A stretch of DNA of 64,000 nucleotides from Oikopleura dioica (lineage: Eukaryota; Animalia; Chordata): positions 11,718,001 to 11,782,000 of the forward strand of contig OU015568.1 of NCBI GenBank assembly GCA_907165135.1. The letters are read 5' to 3'. Below, piece by piece: positions 49,901 to 61,585 of the stretch. Numbering within the stretch: position 1 is the first letter of the stretch; each line of letters starts with the position of its first letter. The translations under genes and the position numbers were made by a program. The notes under the pieces are model-generated. The model was given only the letters and a program-made list of their open reading frames with translations. It was not told where the DNA came from and did not search any database.

Positions 49901-49972
49901 TACGGCCTCAACGTCTCTCGACGAGCATTCCGAGAAATCGCTCCCATGGTTGGCTTCCAGAAGCTCGACTAA
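46921..49972 (+). CDS. RPS29: 40S ribosomal protein S29 (uS14); coding exon 2 interrupted by a transposon
   Basis: Exon 1 46921-46975 [18 protein letters not shown]; acceptor tttctag 47932; 47933-47951 joined to 49870-49972 reconstructs [40 protein letters not shown] (58 aa in total). Confidence 0.93.
48444..48757. mobile_element. Palindromic MITE nested in the RPS29 element
   Basis: ggcctcggacgtaaaaa / tttttacgtccgaggcc termini with long imperfect inner arms (cattcgaaag/ctttcgaatg, aaaactgggccct/agggcccagtttt). Confidence 0.8.
48848..49391. repeat. Foldback made of two convergent 21-bp minisatellite arms
   Basis: AATCC(T/C)GGCTTC-type 21-nt units on the + strand from 48884 and on the - strand from about 49370; homologous ATTGATCAT ends. 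Confidence 0.8.
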
Positions 49973-50229
49973 TTTCAGTCGCACCACAAAAAAATACCCT
50001 GATGCCGCTGTTTCTTGCAAAATAAACTCCATCAGATGACTCTAAAAAAACTTACCCCGACTCGCGATTTCATTTGTCATGCATGAATTGTACAGTAATA
50101 AAAAAGTGCGCGAAATGCTTTATTTCCGATAAATCGATCCTTACTCGCCAAGCATATTGCCTTCGAAGCCATTCTTCGAAATTCTCCGAGAAAAAATAAA
50201 TCCAAAACTCATCTTTTCCAAGAGTTTAG

Positions 50230-51744
50230 ATGTCTGATCTTCCGGACGAGATATGGGAGCAAGTCATTTCTTTCCTCCCTTCTACTGGGCCCTCCATCTC
50301 CCATTTTAGCCAGGTCAACTACAGATTCGAGCAGATTGCGCGTACATTTGTGAAAAGAAAGAACAGAAGATTTGAGAAAAAAATTGCTAGGGAGGCTTTC
50401 CAAAGACTTCTCAAAAGATATTGTCTTCCTTGCTTTCCAAAAGTCAAAATTAAAGCCTAATCGAAGCCCTGAGCCATTCAAAAACACGCGCGTCAACTAT
50501 TTAGGCGGGAAACTGTTATCACGAAACTGCCCTCAACCCCGTTATCAGTCCTCTGTCGCTCTGCTCAACGGAGTTTTGTACGTTTTCGGCGGCTATGTTG
50601 ACTTGCAAACGGCTCTGAACGATTCCTGGTATTTTTCGTCAAAGAAAGAGACATGGGATCGCGTCGTCTGTTCCAAAACTCCGCAGGCGAAAGGCGGAGC
50701 GGTGATGGTCGCCGACGAAAAACGAGACAGGTTGATTTTGTTTGGCGGAAAGCTAAGCCAGGGCCCGCAGAGTGCGCTTGCTGCTTTTCGAACAGGTAGA
50801 ATATTCAAAATCCCAAATTGCTCATTTGACAAAAGATGTGGGTCTTTATCCAAACGAGCTGAGCGTCCTGAATGTTCGCGAGAAGAAAAAAGACTGGCTC
50901 AATATTCGCCTGCCGAATACTTCAGAAGGGAGAACTCAAGCTGCTGGCTGCATTCTTCCGAAGCTCGACATTTTCGTTATTGATGGGGGCTCCTTCGACG
51001 AGAGAAACCCCATTGATCCTGATCAAACCCTCGTCCTCGACATTCGAAACGCTTCGCCGACTAGTTGGAGATGGGCGAAAGTCTTTCTCGAAGGCGATAT
51101 TCCTCCCTTTCCCGTAAGCTCCAGCAAAAATAATTCTTCAACTCCAAACAAATTTAAGCGATCGATTCATGCTGTAGTTCCGGTCAGTGATGACTCCCTC
51201 ATTTTCACGAGCAATGTCGTCCGCGATTTCAAACATTGCAAAGTTACTCCCATCGTCGACAATGAATCCGGCAGAAGAAGTTTCAAATTTACATTTACGA
51301 ACATCCGAACTGACCATTCATCTAACATGCCCGCCTATCTCCGTGGAACAAGTTACATTTATTCGATGAGCAAGAGTATTCTTCTTTGGCTTTCACCTGG
51401 TAAATCACTTTCTTTGAGAAAAAAATAAACTGTTCTCAGTGCAAATGTCTGAAGAAGAACCTCAACAATCCGCTCTTGCAATTCATCGATTGATATTTAA
51501 CGAAAGCGACCTTTCTTTTGAAAACTTGCCGCGCGGTGAGAATCTCCGACTGAACACCTCTCCCCTCCCATGTATCCTTGGTTCTTCTCTTCATCTTCTC
51601 AATTCTGGATTCCTCGTCTTTGGCGGTGCTCGTAGGATCAGATATAGTTTGAACATTTTTTCCAAACCAATTTTCAGAGGTCGGCCCTTCTTCTGTCAAC
51701 GTCTGGCACGATCTTTCAGGCATCACGAGCGTGGAGCCAACTAA
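50230..51744 (+). CDS. FBXO42: F-box/Kelch-repeat protein, FBXO42-like
   Basis: F-box LPDEIWEQVISFL; Kelch motifs LYVFGG..ALNDSW, PQAKGGAVMV..LILFGG and FLVFGG. Frame change near 50392-50443 (GA-AG intron or indel); GT-AG introns at 50795 and 51114. Confidence 0.75.
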
Positions 51745-51853
51745 CCACTTGATGTTTCTTCAAATTTAATTTCTTCTCAATTTCTGTAGACGGTGCTTAA
51801 ATTAATTTCTCACCCGACTTTCAAATATCAATTTCATAAAATCCCGTATAAGA

Positions 51854-52474
51854 ATGTCTCGGAAATCGCTCGATAGTTATTCGAAAAAGACGAGATCAAA
51901 TGCGCTGAAAAGGTTGAAAATCGAGCTCGCAGAGTTGAGCTACGCGCCCATGCCGGAGTTTGAAGCCAGTCCTGTTTCTGAGGTAAATCTGCTCCTCTCA
52001 AAATTAACTCAAATCGAAATCAAAGGAAGATTTCTTCGAATGGAACGCTTATATCCATGGCCCTGCGAATTCTCCGTATGAAAACGGAATTTTCAAGTTC
52101 AATATGAAGTTTCCACAAAATTACCCATTCTCTCCCCCTGAATGCAAGTTCATTACGAAGATCTATCACTGCAATGTCAATTCTCTCGGCCTTGTTTGCG
52201 TTGATATTTTGAAGGTAAATCATACTTACTCATAATTCCTCTTTATTGCTTCTCCTAGGATTCCTGGATCCCCTCGTTCACCATTTCCTCGATTCTTCTC
52301 TCAATGCGCACGCTGATGTCTGACCCGAATCCTTACCATCCGCTTGTGGGAACAATTGGACAAATCTTTATTGAAAACAGAGAACTACACGACGATACTG
52401 CCAGAGATTGGACCTCCAAATACGCCATGAACTCTTCTTACAAATTTTCTTTACCTTATTCTCCAAAAAGCTGA
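51854..52474 (+). CDS. Ubiquitin-conjugating enzyme E2 (UBE2D/E-like)
   Basis: ALKRLKIEL, WNAYIHGPANSPYENGIF, YPFSPP, KIYHCNVNSLGLVCVDILK|DSW, DPNP and ARDWTSKYA; two short introns. Confidence 0.92.
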
Positions 52475-52557
52475 CAATTTCTTTCCCTTCGTTCCATCAA
52501 AATATTCTTCCGCCTTTTTCGATAAACCAATTATATATTTTTCCTCCTTTTCAAAGA

Positions 52558-53981
52558 ATGTCGGAAGAAGAGCAGCCGAAAACCGAGTCAACTCCAGCCT
52601 CAGTTCCCGCACCAGTTGAAAGCCCAGCGGCTCCGACCCCAGTTCTCCCCAAAATGGACGTATCGCCAGATCAAACGCCCCTAGAAAGTCCGGAAGCAGA
52701 AGACCTTCCAGACCGAACAATCCCGATTAAAAATTCGCAAGGTAAACCGAAGGCTTTTCTAGATAAATTGATCATAAACACGAAGGTTGCTCATAAAACA
52801 TTAGTTTATTAAAATGAAAGACTTTAAAGCAAATTCTCTCGTAACGGATTAAATATTTAGGCGAGAGTCCTCAAAGATCCACAATTCCAAAGCCAGATGT
52901 TTTGAAAAACGTCCAGCTTCCAAAAGAGTTAATCCCGAATCCAGAAAATCTCGACAAGCTCAAAAGATGGGGCCTAAAACACTACAGGGTAAATCGACAG
53001 AGGATTCAAGAACTCATGGGAACAGCAACGATCACAGCAGAGCCAGACTTAGATCCCAGAGTTGAAAAACTACACGACCATTTAACCAGATACAAAGAAT
53101 TACATCAGGTTAGAGCACCAAAAAGGTGCACACCATCGACATTCTTTTCAGATGGGAGAGGAACTGGCGACGAGATTCAAAGCTCTGACAGCTACTCAAA
53201 AGAAACTCGGCGATTTCTTCTCGGAAATGAGCCTGAAATCGACAGATTTACAGGATGAATTCAGTTACAATGCGGACACACAGGTTTTGCCCCTCATTTT
53301 TCAGTCATTTTTCAACCGTTCGTTTTCAGAAAGCTCTGAGTAAAAATGGAGAAACTCTCAGTTTTTGTCTGGCATCTTTTAATAGCTCTCTTCATACGCT
53401 CATTTTCAAAACGATGGAAGACACCCTAATGATTTGGGCTCAAATATGCAAAAGTTTGTCTATTACCTGAAAAGATTCTTGCATTTACAGTTGTTTGAGC
53501 CCAATTTTCAGACACTTAGAGAATACCAAAAGTCAAGGGTCGAGTTCGACGCGTACAGAACCGATCTTGAAAAGCTACAAGCACTTCAAGGCACGCCAGG
53601 TGCTCCGAAAGACCTAGACCAAAAGCTCGAAACTTCAACAGCCTCATTTGTTCAACGAAAAGAAACGCTCGATAAGTTCAAAGAAGCTCTCATTATCAAG
53701 CTCAAATTACTCGATGAAAATCGACACAAGGTTACTTTTTCGAAAACATGGAAGTGATTCAGCATCTGTTAAGGTTATGTCGAAACAATTACTTTTGCTT
53801 CATAATGGAGTCTCTGCATACTTTGCTGGTAACCAACAAGCCCTAGCCGGGGCTGTTCAAGAATTCTCTGCTCATCTTCAGGTACCTTCCTTGAGTTGTA
53901 TTCACTTTTAAGTTTCAATTACGTTTAGAGTATTTTCAGGCAATAACAGGTTATTTCAAATTGAGCTGGGATAATAACTAG
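52558..53981 (+). CDS. ARFIP: Arfaptin (AH/BAR domain)
   Basis: [11 protein letters not shown]...[16 protein letters not shown]|[42 protein letters not shown]|[11 protein letters not shown]. Confidence 0.9.
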
Positions 53982-54559
53982 AACCTTTTTGCTCTTTACC
54001 TTTCAATAATCCAATATTTCAGCGCTCAAATGGCCATCAAAAAAGCTTTCTCGAGCAAGCTACATGAAATTCACCAGGAAAAAAACACCTCTTCAGCGAT
54101 AGCGTCTTTGCCGATCTTTCCAACCTTTTTTTCCTATTTCTATTCATTCTTCTTATATAAAAATAATTTCCAGTTGTGCAATTTGTTCGTCTTCATCTAT
54201 CCTTGTGCTCCCGAACGACAGCAATTATCCAGAGTTAATTCATAAAAAAATTAAAAATTTGATCTTTTCGGTCATTTGAGAGTTCCGTCTCGTTACGATT
54301 TCCTATCGACCAAAACACGAAGCTCAGACAAAACTAAATTCGATCACCGCATTACTTTTTCTTGGGACTTTCACTGTAATTTAAGTTGCCACAGTATTCA
54401 CGTGTAGTACAGTACATATTCTTCACCCACAGTACAGTTACTCAAGTAATCCCTTATTTACCAACTTTTGCCTATAACGTAAGAAGCTGTGTTTTTTGCA
54501 TCCAACAAGTTCATATCGGAGTCATTCATTCAGTTCCTCATTATTCAGGGTATTAAATC

Positions 54560-56023
54560 ATGGCATCGTATACTGGCGGAGGAATGTGTAGCGTTAAAAT
54601 TCGCCAGTCGGAAAAAGAAATTGAAAAGATCAAATCAGAACTCGAGCAAAAGAAAAAGGCGGTGATGGAAGAAATGCCCACTGCCCATGTTCCGGAGTAT
54701 GAGAGCTTCTCGAAGAATGTCGATAACGTTGAGGAAGATCTGCGGTCGAATACAGTCGGTTTGGTGACTCTTTCCGAGATGAAGGAGAAACAGAGGTTGG
54801 CAGTTGAAGAAAGAGAGCGCCAAATTGCGCTGAGATTAGCTGAAGACAAGGTAAGATGGGTTCTAAAATGTTTCGGTGATTCTAGCGCTTGATTTATAGA
54901 AAAAGACGGAAAAGGAAAAGAAACGACGAGCGAAGGAGAAAAAACGAAATAGAAAATTAGCTGATAAGAACAAAATAAGCTTTGGAGATGACGAAGAGGA
55001 GGAAAATCAAGAAGTTGAGATAAAGAAGAAGAGGATCGGGAAAGACCTAACAGTTGATACATCGTTTTTGGTAAATTGCAGCTTCACGTAAGTTGAATCT
55101 TTTCAACGAAGATTCTGCTCATTATTATGTATACATCTAATTTCTTACGAAAGTCTAATTAACGGTTAATTTTAGCCCTCTGATGGTAAGAATGAAAGGG
55201 AACAGGCTGAGAGAGAGGAGATTCGAAAGATTTGGATAGAGCAGCAAGCCAGGTCAGTGTTAGAATTCAATTTGATTTAGTGAAATTGTTGTAGGCTCAA
55301 AAATCAAATCATGGAATTCGAGTATGTCTACTGGGATGGCTCTCCTCATCCACGAGATTTGGTTGTCAAAAAAGGGGACACCATCGAGACATTTCTTCAG
55401 CGATGCCGCCAACAACTTCGAATCGACTTTATTGAAATGAAAACTCAAGCTGTCGATCAGGTTATAATCAGAAAAAAGTCCCTTCGACGAAAGGCCTTTG
55501 CTATAGCCTATAGCCTATTTTTAGATGATGTTTATAAAGGCGGATACAATCATTCCCCATCAATACACCTTCTATGATTTGATTGTTACGAAAGCGGAAG
55601 GAAAATCCGGAACTCTCTTTGGTTGGCTTCTTTTCTGAAATTTTTTCTACTACCCTTTTAGATTTTCAAAAAGACCAAGACAACATCAAAGTCGAGAACA
55701 CTGCCGTCATGGCGAAAGCCACTGTCAAGGTCTGCACCAGAAACTGGTATGAAAACAACAAACATGTTTACCCCGCGAATGTTTGGGAGAGCTACGAACC
55801 GGAGAAGAAATATGAAAAGTACAAAAAATCAGGAAAAGTTGAAGATGGCTCCAAAGCTGGTCTGGAAATCAACACAAAAGCCTCTAGGTAAGAAACGAAG
55901 GTCCTTTACGGGTTTAAATGCTTGCTCAGATGTCCGAATTGTGGATATGGACGAGGCAAACTCGGAGAAATCAGCTACGGAACATGCTACTTATGTTGCG
56001 AATACAAAGACGGTGCAGTGTGA
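54560..56023 (+). CDS. FAM50A: FAM50/XAP5 protein, with a probable extra C-terminal Cys-rich exon
   Basis: [62 protein letters not shown]. Last exon via intron 55888-55929. Confidence 0.9.
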
Positions 56024-56115
56024 ATACCACTTGAAAACTGGCCTGACTTTCATTCAACTGTTTACTGTACTGACCATTCTTAACTTTTCTAGCTTTGAAT
56101 TCCTGCTTCAGAAAT

Positions 56116-58145
56116 ATGATCAGGTGGCGTTGTCCATGTCGAAAAATAATCAAAAGATGCACCTCAAATTTGTCTCCGCTGACTGAAAATCTCAAGAATC
56201 TGGATGAAAAGCGAGATTTGCCGCTAGCCGCCTACAAGAACATCCCAAAACTAGAGCCTATCTATTCTGTCGACACTGGCCTCTCTGATGAAGATTACGG
56301 CTCAAATGGCGAGCTAAAACCTCTTCTTCCACAAGAAATTGTTGACGATATCAACTCTCGCTGGTCTGTTGCTACTCCAACATTTCCTTATGAGCCACTG
56401 CCAGAGTCTACTTGGGAAATGTATCGAAGGCCAGAGACTGGGCCGGAAAGAAAGCTCTCTGTTTATGAGAAGCACCGCGCGAAACTTGTCGCAGAACGAA
56501 TTGAACTCGAATTCAAAGATTTCGCTGCTCATTTTTCGGAGGAAACGGCAAAGAGCCAGAAAACTCGGGCTGTAGGAGCGGCGACTTATGGAAAGATTCC
56601 AGGAGTTCGACGACAGTGGCTACAACTGAAGAGTCCTGCGATGAAACCCCTTCCGAGTGGCTACTTTAATTACGATAAAGCGAAAGCCGAATCTTTGGTT
56701 GAACAAGGGTTGTTCAGACTCGTTGGATTTGAAAATCTTCATTTATTGACTCCTTCTTCTAATGATTCCAGTGAACTTAAAGCGACAGAACTTGAACACT
56801 CAGTCATTTTTACTTCTCTAGAACAGAAATACAAGCTCCTGAAAAAGAACCTTGAAGAGAACTTCATCAAAGACGCCCCATTTTTAACCCGCTCCGAAGT
56901 TTTTGAACGTTTCGCTGACCCAGAGTACAAATCGGATATTTCTTCCCTTCAAGAAAACTTATCAAAAGTCATCAATCGCCCACTAACAGAAGTCGTTGCG
57001 CTGCAAAACTTGATCCTTGACCGGTCGCATTTGAATCACATCGATGTTAATTCGCTCTTTTTGAAAAACTGGGAGCTCCACGATCTACTCAAAGTCATCA
57101 CTCCAGAAATGATGTCAGTAACTCTTGATGCACTGCGAAACGAAACTGGAATCACTTTTGGTTCTGATCTCGGAAATGTACTGATGAATTGTCCGGAATA
57201 TATCACTCTCAGCCCTAAAGTCATCAGAGATAGAAGGGAGTCCTTCATTGGCTGGGACTTCGACGGACATGTTCTTGGAGACATCATTAGGTTTTGTCCT
57301 GAAGCGTTCTTGGAATCAGACTATGACAAAATGGAGGCGAAGATTCAGTATTTGGCCATGCGATGCAACTGTCCCCGTGACACAATGGTGGAGCTTGGCC
57401 TTCTCGGCCTGCCAATAGAGGAGATCTCCGCAAAATACGAATTTTGCTACCGTCGTGGCGTCATTTCTAGGCCAAGCAAGAAGGAAAGACGGCTTGAAAT
57501 GAAGAAGCATAAAGGAAAAGTCTACCAGGAAATTCACGATGAAAAGAAAAGATCAGCAATTGCCAGGATCTTTGCATCATCTCACGAAGAGTTCTTAGAG
57601 TTTGCCGAAGCGAGCGCGAGAGATTTTGAAATATGGATAAAATCATGGCACGCTGAGCTCGAAAGTCTTGATGGTCTTGCGGAAAATACGGTTCATACGT
57701 TGCTTGGAATGAAGGTTCCGTTTGTTATCAATAGGGAAACGATAAAGTAAGGAAATATGCATAGTAATTGATCATATTTTAACTTCTAGTCGAATAAAAC
57801 ATCAAGGACAAGTGAGAGCTTCTTGGGGCATCGAATCACTGGTCAATTCAAGAGGCGCCGCTCAACCCGTTTGGGAGGTTCATGAAGAAGAGTTCGGTAA
57901 GAATCAATAAAAATACATCGTCCTTAAAATTTTACTAAGATAAAAGCACCGAAAATGACCTTTATCGCGAGTTGAAAAATTATGGCAACGAAAACTTTTC
58001 TGATTTCGATGAAGAACGCCTTGAAGTTGTAGAATCGGATTTGGAAAGCATGCGCTGGGGAAAGCCGTATATTAAGATCGATTATGAAACTGCATTAGAC
58101 CTGTACTACAACAAAGAGTATCTTGACGAGTCCGAGTACAGCTAG
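56116..58145 (+). CDS. Mitochondrial transcription termination factor family protein (MTERF4-like)
   Basis: Arg-rich transit-like start; mTERF-type repeats (NCPEYITLS, FCPEAFLESD, KIQYL); ASSHEEFL. The ORF end AA|gtaagg splices to exons 57790-57896 and 57940-58145, giving an acidic tail. Confidence 0.7.
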
Positions 58146-58255
58146 AATTCAGGTACGTTTAAAATGCATCTTTGAAATAAACCTTTCCGCTTGATCCCGG
58201 TGTTTTTCTTCGAAAAATAAAGAATGAGAGCGTATAAAATCAAGCAAAAGAAAAG

Positions 58256-58892
58256 CTCTAGAATCTTACTCATTAGATGAAATTAAAAAAGTCGACTTGA
58301 GGCAAAATTTTTTGAAAAATATTTTATTGGCTTATCTGAAAGAAGATGAAATTCTGAGTCGAATGGTCTACTTCCGGCTCTATAATTCCATCAAATGACG
58401 TCATTATGACTCATTTTCCCTAAAAATCGTTTGGGGAGCTTTTGAAGGGGTTTCCGATGGAATTTTTCGGCGTTCTTGGGCTCAAAAGAATCGCCGTCGA
58501 AAATTGAGGGGGGGTTTTCCTGAATTTTGAAAAATTCCAAGAGAAACACCTTCAAACCGACCGGTCGAAAAATGGTCAAAATTTTTTTCTTGGGTTTTTT
58601 CAAAACCATTTAAAACCCCCCCTCAATTTTCGACGGCGATTCTTTTGAGCTATAGAACGTCGAATAAGTCCAACGGAAACCTCCTTAAAAGTTCCCCAAA
58701 AGTTTACCAAAAATGCCCTAATCTGGACTTTGTTACGCAATTTTTGACGTCATAAAGTCAAAATTTTCGGGTCAAATCTAGCCCATTCGACTCAGAATTT
58801 TCTGGTCTTTCTTCTGAGCACGAAAAAAAATTTTATGAAAATTTGCCTCAAGTGAAGTTTTTTAATTTCATCTTAGAGTTCGATTTCTACAG
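58256..58892. mobile_element. Approximately 640-bp palindromic (foldback) MITE
   Basis: Near-perfect inner arms 58481-58518 / 58612-58649 (ctcaaaagaatcgccgtcgaaaattgagggggggtttt) and degenerate outer arms (attctgagtcgaatgg / ccattcgactcagaat). Confidence 0.85.
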
Positions 58893-59178
58893 CCAACTAG
58901 AGACGCCGCATCCAGGTCTGATTATCGAGAAACTCAACGATATGTTAGAAGTATCCGCGGCAGACATCCTCATTATTTAGAGGAAACTTTATGTGACAAA
59001 ATTTCAATCAATATAATCTTTATTTTCAGGATTGACGATTTTTGCTGCTTTCAAACCCTGCTTTCCTGTGAAAAATTGCTTCAAATAAAGTATTTGATAT
59101 AAATAGAGTTTTGCGATTTTATTGTTTCAATAAGTGGGCGTACATGATAATCATTTGGCAGATAAAAGCAGGAATGAG

Positions 59179-61125
59179 TTACAGTTCGGTGCTATAATCC
59201 CGCGCAGGTTCTTGTTCCGCTTGTGCAAAGCTCGACAGGAATTGCATCAGCGCATCTGACTTTTCATCAATTTCAAGCTTCGTAGCTGAGTCAGCGTTCA
59301 AGTCGAGCCAGTTTATCGTTTCCTCCAAATAATTGTTTATGCTTTCAATTTGCTCAGGCGCGAGATGAGCTGGCGGTGAGGTGGTCATCTTGTTCTTTTC
59401 GCTGTAAACATTCGCTTCTAATCGGTTCTTGGCGTTGATTCGGTCTCGTACTTCTGCATCTTGCGTTGCCATTCTGTCCGCTTCATCAATCATAGCTTGG
59501 ATCTCTTCTGGGGTTAGTCGCTGCGAGCCGGCGGAGATTTTGATTTCTTTCTTGTTTCCATTCGCTTTGTCTTCTGCTCTGACTTGTAGGATTCCATTGA
59601 CGTCGATTTCAAAAGTTACTTCCAACTGCGGCTGGCCTCGAGGAGCTGGGTCGATTCCAGAGAGATCAAATCGTCCGAGGAGGTTATTGTCTTTAACAAG
59701 AGAGCGTTCTCCTTCGAAGACACTGATCGTGACTGTTGGTTGATTATCCGCGGCGGTGGAGAAAATTTGACTCTTTCTTGTAGGAATAGCTGAGTTGCGC
59801 TCAATGATGTTAGTCATCACTCCACCGACGGTTTCGATTCCCATTGAAAGAGGAACAGTGTCGATGACGACGGGTGTTTGCTCCAAACATCCTCCTCCAA
59901 GAACAGCAGCTTGAAGGGCTGCTCCGTATGCGACGGATTCATCAGGATTGACGCCGAGGACTGGTTCTTTTCCCGTGAATTCTTTGATCAGCTGTCGCAC
60001 CTTTGGAATTCGAGTTGAGCCACCGACGAGAACAACTTCGTCAATTTCCGCTTTTGTCAAAGCAGCATCAGCGAGAACTTTTCTGACAGGATCGAGAGTC
60101 TTTTGAAACAAATCCATATTGAGCTGTTCAAACTTTGCTCGAGTGAGGGTCTCTTCAAAGTCCAGTCCGCCGAAGAGGTTTTCGATGTGGATCTTCGCTG
60201 AATGCTCAAGAGACAGAGCCCGCTTAGCCTTTTCTGATTCTCTTCGTAGCTTCGCAAGAGCAGTCGGATCAGCAGACATGTCAAGTCCTGTCTTGGTTTT
60301 GAAAACCTTGACGAAGTGCTGCATTATTCGCTCGTCGAAATCTTCACCGCCAAGATGAGTGTCTCCATTTGTCGCAAGAACTTCAAAAACTCCCTGATCA
60401 ATGGTGAGGAGTGAAACGTCGAAAGTACCGCCGCCAAGGTCGAAAACAAGGACGTTCTTCTCTACCCCAGATTTATCCAACCCATAGGCAAGAGCAGCAG
60501 CAGTTGGCTCGTTAATGATGCGAATGACTTCGATTCCAGCGATAGTGCCAGCGTCTTTCGTCGCTTGTCGTTGCTCATCGTTGAAATACGCGGGGACAGT
60601 AACGACTGCTTTCTTTACAGGCTGGCCGAGGTAATCTTCAGCTATTTGCTTCATTTTTTGGAGGACCATCGCGGAGATTTGTTCTGGAGCGAATTCAGCA
60701 AGAGGTTCAGATTCATTTACTGAGACCTGGATAGTCGGCTTGTTGTTTTTGTTGAAGATTTTGAAGGGAAAGAGTCCTTGAGTTTCTGCAATTGTTGGAT
60801 CATCATATCTTCGGCCGAGGAAGCGCTTGGCAGAGAAAATGGTATTCTGGGGATTTGAAGACATCTGGTTCTTGGCCGCATCACCGACAAGCCGCTCACC
60901 GTTGTTGAAAGCGACGAATGATGGAGTAATCCGGTTACCTTGGTCGTTGGGAATGATTAGAATTTGACCCTTGTCGCAAACAGCAGCTACAGAATAAGTC
61001 GTGCCCAAGTCGATGCCAATTACTGGTTCCCATCCGGGACCATCTGATGCTGCTATCGTTGCTCCTACTCCCGCTACAGCCATAACGGCCAAACATACCG
61101 CTGCAGCTACTGCTTTGTTGTCCAT
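59179..61125 (-). CDS. Intronless ER HSP70 (BiP paralog)
   Basis: 648 aa; hydrophobic signal sequence, [30 protein letters not shown]; C-terminal STEL. Confidence 0.93.
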   Translation of the reverse strand: MDNKAVAAAVCLAVMAVAGVGATIAASDGPGWEPVIGIDLGTTYSVAAVCDKGQILIIPNDQGNRITPSFVAFNNGERLVGDAAKNQMSSNPQNTIFSAKRFLGRRYDDPTIAETQGLFPFKIFNKNNKPTIQVSVNESEPLAEFAPEQISAMVLQKMKQIAEDYLGQPVKKAVVTVPAYFNDEQRQATKDAGTIAGIEVIRIINEPTAAALAYGLDKSGVEKNVLVFDLGGGTFDVSLLTIDQGVFEVLATNGDTHLGGEDFDERIMQHFVKVFKTKTGLDMSADPTALAKLRRESEKAKRALSLEHSAKIHIENLFGGLDFEETLTRAKFEQLNMDLFQKTLDPVRKVLADAALTKAEIDEVVLVGGSTRIPKVRQLIKEFTGKEPVLGVNPDESVAYGAALQAAVLGGGCLEQTPVVIDTVPLSMGIETVGGVMTNIIERNSAIPTRKSQIFSTAADNQPTVTISVFEGERSLVKDNNLLGRFDLSGIDPAPRGQPQLEVTFEIDVNGILQVRAEDKANGNKKEIKISAGSQRLTPEEIQAMIDEADRMATQDAEVRDRINAKNRLEANVYSEKNKMTTSPPAHLAPEQIESINNYLEETINWLDLNADSATKLEIDEKSDALMQFLSSFAQAEQEPARDYSTEL

Positions 61126-61389
61126 TTCAAAGTCGCTGTTAACTCTTTTCGTGAATTTGGGTATTCTTCGTTGATTTCAAAAAGTAAATTTTTGAGTTGA
61201 TGTTTGTGGTTATGATATTTTGCATCCCCAACGTCGACTTTTAAGGCCCCTAACCCTACGTGTCCAAGATTTTTCGCGTGATTTTTCATCAGTGCGATTA
61301 TGACTTATTCATTCCGTCCCGCATGATGGCGTCCCGCCGAGCAAATTCGCGGCGACTCTTTCGACTTCGCTGAGTCGCGCTTCTTTGCG

Positions 61390-61473
61390 CCACGTCATGA
61401 CTGGCGCCGTGAATCAGCTACTCTAGTTCTGCAAATAGCTGCCCAATCAGAGCGCGCCATCCATTCCACGTCA
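61390..61473. promoter_or_regulatory. Bidirectional UPR promoter: two TGACGTGG (UPRE-like) motifs and a CCAAT box
   Basis: CCACGTCA at 61390-61397 and 61466-61473; CCAAT at 61443-61447; located between the two divergent BiP ATGs. Confidence 0.7.
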
Positions 61474-61585
61474 GCTATTCGAGCGACTTTGAGCCGACGA
61501 AAAAGGAAGGCCTTTAGACCTGTGTCTCATATTTTAACGTTAGTAGAGAAATCCCCAATTCTAGTGGGAAAGTTAATCGTCAAGA

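Noticed and set aside
47787-50032. ARARLARG-type ORFs
   Set aside because: Translations of the GC-rich subterminal repeats.
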